Under the pieces are notes generated by a model. That model did no database searches and was not told the DNA's origin. It saw only the letters and a program-made list of their open reading frames with translations. Positions 54,409 through 63,624 of a stretch of DNA of 64,000 bases are shown in pieces. Every line of letters begins with the position of its first letter. The stretch's first letter is position 1. Source of the DNA: Veleropilina oligotropha (Eukaryota); the NCBI GenBank assembly GCA_048128005.1, contig JBEUKZ010000126.1, positions 62,001 through 126,000 of the forward strand, in the 5' to 3' direction. Both the position numbers and the translations under genes were made by a program.

Positions 54409-55737
54409 TTATGTCTCCCCATCCGAAGGATGGGAGAGACAAAGTTTTACACTCCGTTCTCCTTCTCTTTCTCCTCCTTAATTCTTCATCACGTTTCTTG
54501 TCCGGACTAGCTCTCAGGTCCTATACGTTCCAGCATTATTTCCTTTGGTAAATTAAACCGTCCAGGCATCCCATTGTACCTTTTGGCAAAATTTCACGAA
54601 AACGACTTTCGACCTTGACGTAATGACCTTTGACCACAAAATCGTGTCCGGCCTGGTTCTCGGAGACTTCAAATCTTATCCTTCTAATTTCTTTGCAGAT
54701 GCATAAACCACACCCCAAGCATGTCACATTGTGTAGGGCGCTAAAATTTTGCACTTTTGACCTTTGACCTGGCGCTGTGATCTTGATAAACAATTTCCAT
54801 ATTTGGGCATTTTTATATTTTGTTTTCTTAATTTTTTTTGCCAAATGTATTCCTCAGGGTGAGTACATTATATAACAATGTTCAATTTTTTGGTTCGGTC
54901 AAAGGTCAAGGTCACAGAGTTCAAAATGTACTTTCCATAAAACACACCTTGTCCGGCTAGATCTCAGGTCCTATATATACATGCCGGCCTGATTTCCTTT
55001 GGTGTGTTAAACCGCCCTATCATGCCATTGTTCTTTTTGGCAAAATTTCGCAAAAACGACTTTCGACCTTGATGTAATGACCTTTGACCCCCGAAATCGT
55101 GTCCGGCCTGGTTCTCGGAGAAGTCAAATCTTATCTTTATAATTTCTTTGTAGATGCATGGCCCACACCCCAAGCATGTGCAGGGCGCTAAAATTTTGAC
55201 CTTTGACCTTGGCGCTGTGACCTTGATAAACAATTTCCATATTTGGGCATTTTTATATTTTGTTTTCTTAATTTTTTTTCTCCAAATTTATTCCTGAGGG
55301 TGAGTACATTATATAACAATGTTCAATTTTATTGTTCGGTCAAAGGTCAAGGTCACAGAGGTCAAAATGTACTTTCCTGATACACTCCTTGTCCGGGCTA
55401 TATACTAGATCTCGGGTCCTATACATGCCAGCATGATTTCCTGTGATATGCTATCTTTCCTTAACGTGCCATTGTGCAAGGTGTAATTTTCCGAAAATGA
55501 CCTTTGACCTAATTAAGGTACTAAAATTCTTGTCATCTTCATAGGTTCCCATGCCTTGAACGTGTAGGGTGTAAATGTTCAGGACATTTGCATAAATCCA
55601 TCCATTTCATCAAATATATTTACACTCTTCCAGTTCGTGACTTTCCAAACTTAATGAGGGTCTCAATATGGAGTGATTAATTTCTCTTACAAGGGGAGAC
55701 ATATGTTTTTGTTCACACAAAAACAACTCCTCTAGTT
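54409..55737 (+). mobile_element. Helentron-associated (HINE/DINE-1-like) element with ~425-bp internal tandem repeats, inserted in a SINE
   Basis: Sub-TIRs TATGTCTCCCC / GGGGAGACATA, 5' hairpin, CT-rich microsatellite, 3' stem-loop GTTTTTGT-tcac-ACAAAAAC, T-rich target. The SINE sequence resumes on the far side. Confidence 0.72.
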
Positions 55738-57295
55738 TACAACTTTAGGTTCAAGGAAGGACATGTCAATATTATCGGGGAAGGAAAACCTGGTTGCCCA
55801 GGGAAACACATCCTCTACGACCCGTTACGGACAACTGTGATTGATAACTGAACAAAGAATGTCATGTCCCAACTGAGATTCGAACCCACTCCCTGTTAGT
55901 TAGCACAATCCAGCCAGTGATGGCAGATTCGGCACTCGATACTTTACGACTCCCTGGTTGAATGAATGCCACATACATTAAAAATACACAGAATATCATA
56001 ATGATTGTGGTTCCTGTTTATTATGAATATCTAGAGAGTAAAACACAATTGTGACCGGTGTACTACTGTACGTACTTCGGCAGGTGATTGTAGTTTTACC
56101 ATCAAGTATAATATGTCAAGACGTATATAGAGGATATCGAACGAGTGTCCATTCCATATGAGAATTATGAAACGAGTCGGGCACAATTTATGTACCGAGC
56201 CTTGGCGAGGTACATAAATTTGCGTACGAGTTTCATAATTCTCATATGAAATGGACACAAGTTTCATATCTTCTTTATCACATGACTTTATTTACATTTA
56301 AACTTATTTTATTGCGTTTTTAAACGCATTTCTTTACGTTTTAAAACTTATTTCTGTCAGTACTTTCAGCCATAAATTGCCATTGCCTCAGACGCATCAT
56401 GCATCGAAAGCACGCGCCACGCCAGTACGCCAATAAAAAATAGTTCAACGTCGGTAATCGACGAGTCAACGCGTCTGAATTATTCATTATGTTAATGAGG
56501 GTGATGCGCCGCCTAATCAACTTCGCGCCAGATGCGATGTACGGCCGTCATGCTCGCCCTCATTTGCATACTTATGGCACGTGTCTTTTCGTATATAGAT
56601 TTATGGAACGGCCTCTACAGTTCCATAACAGGTTTGTCATGTGATAAACCATATTACCATGATATTAATTTTAAAGTTTAGAGTAAGCCATGCTATAGTC
56701 ACAGGAGTTCTGAACCCATGCACCACTTAACATATTCTCTGACACCCTATATCCTGTTGAGATCAATATGGCCTACATTAGATTTGATTTGAATCAATGC
56801 TTAATGTTCCATTTTTTAACACCTTGCAGGGCATGTCCATTGTAACGATAGCGCTATTAGCATCTAAATGAATGCTCCCTGTGTTTGTACAATGAACGCC
56901 CCCGCAAGGTGTTCGCACAGAGCCCGCCATGTTGTAGAAGTCTAAATAAACACATTCGTCATTACCGCTCAGACATGTTACAATGTCAGTTACCCACATA
57001 ACATTACATCCATATTATCATGGGAGGAAATCATGGTCACCCGGAAAAAATGCCGTCACCGACCAGTTATGGAAAACTATGACTGTTCTTTGAACAATTT
57101 GCCTGCTGAGGACTCGAACCCACTCCTGTTAAGCAGAGCAGTCATGAAATAGAATTTGAATATCCATCGACGAAGGCCTATGTACTTAGAAAGTTGTCTG
57201 TGACTGTATACGTAGAACGTTACTGTCTATGCTTATATTTGTTTGCACAGACCTCTGGTCTAGACGGTTTCTCTGCTTCTTCCAAATTTTGTGTA

Positions 57296-57520
57296 ACTCT
57301 AAATTCACTGGCTTGATTCCGCTAATGCGAACAGTAGTGGGTTCATTACCTGGCTGAGGCATTGACATTTGTTCAAGTTATGAATCACAGTTGTCCGCGA
57401 CTCGCCGAAGAGGGCGGGTTTACCCGGGCGACCGGGGTTTCCTCCCGTGATAACACGGACATGTCCTGCCTTGTACCTCAATTTGTAAATATACAGGACA
57501 TTAAGCATCATTCCTCCCTC
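57296..57520 (+). mobile_element. SINE family A, 5'-truncated
   Basis: Same body; flanked by AAATTTTGTG(T/C)AA. Confidence 0.85.
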
Positions 57521-57758
57521 AAAATTTTGTGCAATCTCGATATGCTCCAAGAACTGGTGCACATGCAGTCTTATAGAGATGATTATGAGTGGAATTAAAT
57601 GTAAATATAATAATAAAAAAGAGAGTTTGAGATATGATCAGTATATGAGTATCATTCCATGAGCAAGATGTTATAATCAATAATTTAATATATGCCTCAG
57701 TTCATCTAGATATCTGAATGGCACCGCATTTATAGTATTGCCTTTATGTATTGATCAA

Positions 57759-58625
57759 ATGGATGGATGGATGGATGGATGGATGGATGGATGGATGGAT
57801 GGATGGATGGATGGATGGATGGATGGATGGATGGATGGATGGATGGATGGATGGATGGATGGATGGATGGATGGATGGATGGATGGATGGATGGATGGAT
57901 GGATGGATGGATGGATGGATGGATGGATGGATGGATGGATGGATGGATGGATGGATGGATGGATGGATGGATGGATGGATGGATGGATGGATGGATGGAT
58001 GGATGGATGGATGGATGGATGGATGGATGGATGGATGGATGGATGGATGGATGGATGGATGGATGGATGGATGGATGGATGGATGGATGGATGGATGGAT
58101 GGATGGATGGATGGATGGATGGATGGATGGATGGATGGATGGATGGATGGATGGATGGATGGATGGATGGATGGATGGATGGATGGATGGATGGATGGAT
58201 GGATGGATGGATGGATGGATGGATGGATGGATGGATGGATGGATGGATGGATGGATGGATGGATGGATGGATGGATGGATGGATGGATGGATGGATGGAT
58301 GGATGGATGGATGGATGGATGGATGGATGGATGGATGGATGGATGGATGGATGGATGGATGGATGGATGGATGGATGGATGGATGGATGGATGGATGGAT
58401 GGATGGATGGATGGATGGATGGATGGATGGATGGATGGATGGATGGATGGATGGATGGATGGATGGATGGATGGATGGATGGATGGATGGATGGATGGAT
58501 GGATGGATGGATGGATGGATGGATGGATGGATGGATGGATGGATGGATGGATGGATGGATGGATGGATGGATGGATGGATGGATGGATGGATGGATGGAT
58601 GGATGGATGGATGGATGGATGGATG
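57759..58625. repeat. Perfect (ATGG)n microsatellite, about 216 units
   Basis: Visible directly; joins the tail of a minus-strand SINE at 58626-58865. Confidence 0.97.
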
Positions 58626-58865
58626 CTTATTGTTCTGTATATTTACAACCATCGAGGTCAAGGCATTACAACATGTTCATATTATCGCCGGAGGAAAGCC
58701 CGTTCGCCCAGGGAAACCTGCCCTCTCCGGCCAACTGTGATTCATAACTGAACAAATAATACCAATGTCCCAACTGAGATTCGAATCCACTACTGTTTGG
58801 GTCAGCGGAATCAAGTCAGTGATTTCATAGTCTTCAAACGAAACCACACGGCTGTCGGAGCGGCC
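58626..58865 (-). mobile_element. SINE family A variant whose tail is the (ATGG)n array
   Basis: Body and tRNA-like head (GGCCGCTCCGACAGCCG) match the other copies. Confidence 0.8.
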
Positions 58866-59317
58866 ACATATAGCCAGGAGGGGTAATCGTGAACATGTAC
58901 AATCATGTATATTTGAAGCCATAAGAGACTTGCAACACGCGGATCAAGATTTGAAACTATGCAGCAACATTTTGATGTATTTTGTTTCTTGATGCACTAA
59001 AACATGGGCTACAAATGCATTTTAGGTGGTAAAAATTGTACTACTCAATGGCACTGATAGATTCTGCAATGACCTCACCAGTGACTAGTATCTCCTCCTG
59101 CATTTTTGGTGGTTGTTCGATAGTGAATATCATGATCAGATAATAATAAAGTTTTGGTTTATTTTATTTCCTCATATGGGAAAGCTTGCACGCCCGGAAA
59201 ACGCATGCACCCTCAAGGGCTAGTTATGCAAAACGGTGACTCTCAGTCAAACAAAATAAAAAGCTGAGATGAGGATTCAAACTCACTACATGTATTGCGA
59301 AGCTGAGCAGGAGTTTG

Positions 59318-59651
59318 GGCGCTCTTTCGGTACTTCCCCCACAGCTCCGGCTTTTACTAAACTTTGGAAATCCGGTTTTTCATCTCCGACTTTGGACGCG
59401 TCGTTAATGTTAAATCCATGGGGACTAGCAACAGGTGAACCTCGGTCAGTCCAGGCTCACGGGGCGGTCCGGTGTATATACGTTTGTAAAGCCAATACAA
59501 CTACGTATCCACCACGTGTATCTTATCGCAAGCTGCATTTGCCTTTAGTAGCAGATAATACGCGGAGTGTGAAAATTTAAGACGAATACAAGCCGGAGCT
59601 CCTAAATATGTATAAAAGCCGGAGCTGTGGGGGAAGTACCGAAAGAGCGCC
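59318..59651. mobile_element. 334-bp MITE with perfect ~39-bp TIRs and an 8-bp TSD
   Basis: GGCGCTCTTTCGGTACTTCCCCCACAGCTCCGGCTTTTA and its reverse complement; TSD GGAGTTTG (59310-59317 / 59652-59659). Confidence 0.9.
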
Positions 59652-59972
59652 GGAGTTTGGACTCTTGCTCTTGTCCATGCTATAGTACTTTGTAAGAAAT
59701 ATGTCAGATTCACAAAGATTCACGGGAAACTCTACCGAACAACAAATATTCCAACATTGAAGTGCCTGATGATGATAGCGACAATGAGGCCGGTGAACCG
59801 GGCGAAAAACTGACAAAACTGTGACTGTCATTCTGGTAACACGATAAATTGCCAAGCTGAGGATTCGAACTGATTACATGTAGTTCCGAAATTGCAAACT
59901 TTTGCCCCGGTGGTAAGGAATAGTGAAAGCTTGAGCTCTCTGCGAATAATAGTTAAAGAACATTTTGAGCCT

Positions 59973-60299
59973 AATTACCTTCGCCCACATAGTGGTGGGA
60001 AAAGGTATTGCAATCGGGTTGGTTTGTCTGTCTGTCCGCAAGCGTATCTCAACAACCATTGAAACGATTAACTCAATTTTTGCACATGAGATACGGTTCA
60101 TCCTACGCTCGGTCCTCCTCAAAGATGATCAGAATCGGAAAGCGGATATGGAATTTATGACGCACTTTCCTATTTGCAGATGCTCTGTCTGCAAGCATAT
60201 ATCTCAACAACCATTGATCCATTTTTTTACACGAGATAGGGTCCACCCTAGGCTCGGTCCTCTTCAAAGATGATCTGAATCAGAAACCGGATCTGGAAT
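59973..60299 (+). mobile_element. 5' part of a HINE-like element, cut by the Polinton insertion
   Basis: Matches 30497-30929 in reverse; the second core repeat stops abruptly at 60299. Confidence 0.65.
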
Positions 60300-61404
60300 A
60301 GCAGCAGGGGGGGTGACCATACCTTTTATGTGGGGGCGCGGCGAGGGAAATTAGGGCTCCCAGCACCTTTTCAGAATTAATATGGATCTCAACTCAGCAG
60401 CAGGGGGGGTCAGTAGACTTTTTAGAATGGGAAAATAAGGCTCCCAGCACCTGTTCAGAACTCAGGGTAGCTCGGACTAGTCAGCAGGGGAGTTTAGACT
60501 AGGGCCCCGGGGCCCACTGTGGAGGCTCCCAGCACCATTTCAGACCCGAGGGTAGGGATTGTATTACAAAAAGTTACCATGTGTACAGACAGCGCACTAC
60601 CCCAGCCGGGCCTGGTGTATGTTTGTATCCGTGTCGAGAACTGTCTAGACTGTCGGCGGACAGGCTCTGTGATATTCGGGCTTGATATCTTGGTGTCTAT
60701 TCTAGAATCATCGCGTCTATTCTAGATCATTCTAGAAGCTGTATTGCCGCGTGACGGATGAGTCTAAGAATAGAATACTGTAACCACGTAAACAAGGTTA
60801 CAAGAAAATTTTTTCTGTACTAAACGGAAGTGTGGTTACAAGAAATAAAATTCTGGGTCAATCTTTCTTCACTAAGCCAAATCTTTTTATATCTGGGTCG
60901 ACTCGGCGGCTGTCGCAGCTGTGCGAGGTATTTCATTCATAAATCGGACAATGGATCGACCTGCACGCGCCGAAGCAGCCAGACAGCATTTCTATAGTAC
61001 ACAGATATAGCGTGTCATGCTTTTAACGACTGTTGCCATTCATAAATCAGGCACGAATGAACCAACAGTAGATGGCTGACTGGGATATTAATATTATTAT
61101 TTAATACATTGATGTCTCTCCTAGTGTAGCTCTAAGCGCAGTACAAACTATAACTAATATTACAGTACAATGTACACAAGAATATACAGGAGAGACATCA
61201 ATGATACATACTATGAATGCACTAAGCAATAATAATAATAAACAGAATATTTTTTTCGAGTTTTTCAATTTTATCTTTTTTTTTTTACAAGCGCAATCAG
61301 ACAAAGAGGTGAAGCAGCCCCTGCGTGAACTTCAACCAACTTTGAATGGTACAATATACGCAGGGGAAAGCCGGAAAAATATGTTTTAATGCAGGAGCAG
61401 CTGT

Positions 61405-61830
61405 TTATATGAATATATAGTTACCGCTTGCTAGACTGCAATTGCAGGACGAGATGTGCCCGATCTGATTCCACGAACCCCTGCAGTCGGTAGACAGCAT
61501 CGAAAAGTACTGCCCATGCTTCCCGCGACATAAGGACGGCTCGGCGCATTCGATGCATACAACAGTATTGGGATCTGGGCCACAGTAATTCTCTCCGATA
61601 ATAAAATAGTGGCATGACGGTGGGGCGACATCAGGGGTGGGGTCTCCCGGGCGAAGAAGCAAGTTTCTACGCAAGGGGTCAAATCGGGCGTTATACCTGG
61701 GATGATTTCGGTACCTAGCCCACGTATGTTCCAGAATTAATGCAGTGTTGTGTGTCGACGTCTGGGTGGAGACACCCCCTAGCCAGCACACCGCGACAAT
61801 GCACAGTAGCATAGATTTCATGGATTTCAT
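61405..61830 (-). CDS. Secreted Cys-rich protein (141 aa), cystine-knot / IL-17-like pattern
   Basis: First ATG at 61830; signal peptide MKSMKSMLLCIVAVCWLGGVST; dibasic RR; 8 Cys in the last ~70 aa ending SSCNCS; TATTAAA about 32 nt upstream. The fold is an inference. Confidence 0.7.
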   Translation of the reverse strand: MKSMKSMLLCIVAVCWLGGVSTQTSTHNTALILEHTWARYRNHPRYNARFDPLRRNLLLRPGDPTPDVAPPSCHYFIIGENYCGPDPNTVVCIECAEPSLCRGKHGQYFSMLSTDCRGSWNQIGHISSCNCSLASGNYIFI

Positions 61831-61911
61831 GGTTGTCCAGATATCACTGTCGATTTCTAGCTTTAATACGGGGGGGAGGGGGGTAGTCGTGGCTACGCTC
61901 AACCTGGATAG

Positions 61912-62544
61912 TTAGTCGCCAGCTCCGATTTTTTTCAGCAGCTCTGCGCGACCCTCTAAACGACCACGCTCAATAAGCTCGCTCTGGGTCTGTGAAATCG
62001 CGGTGTGCGCCTTCCTACTCTTATCCCGAATTGATGCCTTCATGGCTTGGTATTTCTCCATCTCCCCTGTGACCAGTTGGAATTCATCATCAGACATCAC
62101 CCCGTCCGCTAAGGCCTTTGAGACGTGGTCGGTTATGGTATTAAGCTTGCTGTCGGCCAGGACTCGAATCTCGTCGTGTTTCTTAGCCTTCACCCCGAGG
62201 CGTCGGCTGATATATTTTCCACCCATACTGGCGAGCCCACACCCCAACGCCGCTAATTCGAGCACTAGGACAACAGGTGCGGCAACGATTGTGGAAAGTA
62301 GTCCAATTCCAGCGCTACCCATACCAAGGGTCGCGACGACTAGTCCGTTATCTATCCCGTCAACGACGTTAACACCTCGGCGGTATTTTTTATATAGTGC
62401 AGCCCTTGTGTCCCTTTCTCGTTCTAGCTGTCCCTGGAGCTCATTCACTTTCTGTAGTCGGAAAGACTGTGCCTCATGCAGTTCCGAAATCCCATCGCCA
62501 CCAAGCTGTGGGTACAGCATTGGCGCTGAGGGTGTGTTGTCCAT
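61912..62544 (-). CDS. Polinton/adintovirus conserved membrane-active protein (210 aa; 'GasderminX'-type)
   Basis: PSAP..LYPQL, FRLQK..E, LYKKY.R..N, Gly/Ala-rich hydrophobic hairpin, KAKKHDEIRVLADSKLNTI..SKAL.DG..SDDEF. Family recognised from memory. Confidence 0.72.
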   Translation of the reverse strand: MDNTPSAPMLYPQLGGDGISELHEAQSFRLQKVNELQGQLERERDTRAALYKKYRRGVNVVDGIDNGLVVATLGMGSAGIGLLSTIVAAPVVLVLELAALGCGLASMGGKYISRRLGVKAKKHDEIRVLADSKLNTITDHVSKALADGVMSDDEFQLVTGEMEKYQAMKASIRDKSRKAHTAISQTQSELIERGRLEGRAELLKKIGAGD

Positions 62545-62916
62545 CTATACGTGGCTGTATTGTTCAGCCTGTTGATTCCCAATGTCTACCGTAACGTTCA
62601 AATACAGAGTGCCCACCCACGGGGCCTTGATGGTGAAGGCGAGGGTCAACTTGTCCGAGTCCAGGCCAAGGCTATTTATGGAACACGCTTTGGGGGCGCC
62701 CCCGGCCGGCTGGACCGGTGTCGTGTGGATCATTAGCAGGGCTGGGTTCAACCCAAAGCGACCTCCAGTGTTTGGAATCCTGAACCCAGCCCTCGCCAGC
62801 CCCTTCTTGGGCGCTTCCCCACAATTAAGAACGAAGTGCCACCGGGTTGGGGAAGAGGGCTCATCTGCAAGCAGGGGTGGGGGTGGGAGTGGGGTCCCAT
62901 AGATGCTGGCGCTCAT
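62545..62916 (-). CDS. Hypothetical viral protein (123 aa) with a Pro-rich N-terminus and a beta-strand-like C-terminus
   Basis: Intact ORF whose ATG overlaps the upstream stop (ATGA) and whose TAG abuts the next ATG. Confidence 0.65.
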   Translation of the reverse strand: MSASIYGTPLPPPPLLADEPSSPTRWHFVLNCGEAPKKGLARAGFRIPNTGGRFGLNPALLMIHTTPVQPAGGAPKACSINSLGLDSDKLTLAFTIKAPWVGTLYLNVTVDIGNQQAEQYSHV

Positions 62917-63620
62917 TGTATCGCAAGGACTGCGGACATAGGCATACCATGATTGTTGAGCGGGTTACCATCTGGGTCTGTGACGTACACCTTCAACTCT
63001 GTGATTAGTCCGGCCTGCAGTCGCCGGACGGCTGGGTAGCTATGATAGTGGGCAGCTTCACCGAACATCTGCGACGTTATAGGGACCACCGCGAGAATAT
63101 TGCTAGGGGCGCCGTCCTTCACATTGTGTGTTGTACTGAGCTGCTCCAGGTGAACGTGTAGGGTCGCTGCAATGGCAAACCCGACAGGCTTGTTCCCGTC
63201 ATACGTCCTGGGGCGTAGCCATTGTGGCTCATCTGCAGGCTTGTTCTTGTCATAAGTCATAAGCAGCCACCACCCTGCAAGGGTGAAGCCGAGGAGCTTC
63301 CGTATATCGGCGCTGATCGCGAGTTGAGTCCCAGAGGGGACCACGAGTCGCGCGAGTCCGGTAGCACGGCTTACCTCGAGCCGCACGTTAGCTAGGGACC
63401 TCCTCATAGTCTTGGCGAGGGCATCGAAGCTGTAGAACCCTGGTGCCACCTCCACCGTGGTATCGGGGGTCTTAAAGAAGGCTCCAGCGTGCACGTTATG
63501 CCAGCCGACCCAGTAGTCGAACGAGCGCAGGCCGACACATAGCTTGCCATCCCGGTTATCTATCGGTTGCAGGAGGGCAACCGCGGTCCCCTCTTGAACA
63601 CTCGTTAATGTGTGGAACAT
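62913..63620 (-). CDS. Minor capsid protein (penton, single jelly roll) of a Polinton/adintovirus, 235 aa
   Basis: First ATG at 63620. Motifs VGWHNV, APGFYSFDAL, LLGF, LHVHLEQLST..N..DGAPSNILAVVP and ITELKVYVTDPDGNPLNNHGMPMSAVLAI match the Polinton penton pattern. Confidence 0.78.
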   Translation of the reverse strand: MFHTLTSVQEGTAVALLQPIDNRDGKLCVGLRSFDYWVGWHNVHAGAFFKTPDTTVEVAPGFYSFDALAKTMRRSLANVRLEVSRATGLARLVVPSGTQLAISADIRKLLGFTLAGWWLLMTYDKNKPADEPQWLRPRTYDGNKPVGFAIAATLHVHLEQLSTTHNVKDGAPSNILAVVPITSQMFGEAAHYHSYPAVRRLQAGLITELKVYVTDPDGNPLNNHGMPMSAVLAIQ

Positions 63621-63624
63621 AACT

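Noticed and set aside
57738..58751. Long MDGW/HPSI ORFs
   Set aside because: Artefacts of the (ATGG)n microsatellite.
62003..62902. Plus-strand ORFs 62003-62575 and 62582-62902
   Set aside because: Antisense shadows of GC-rich minus-strand viral genes, with no recognisable motifs.
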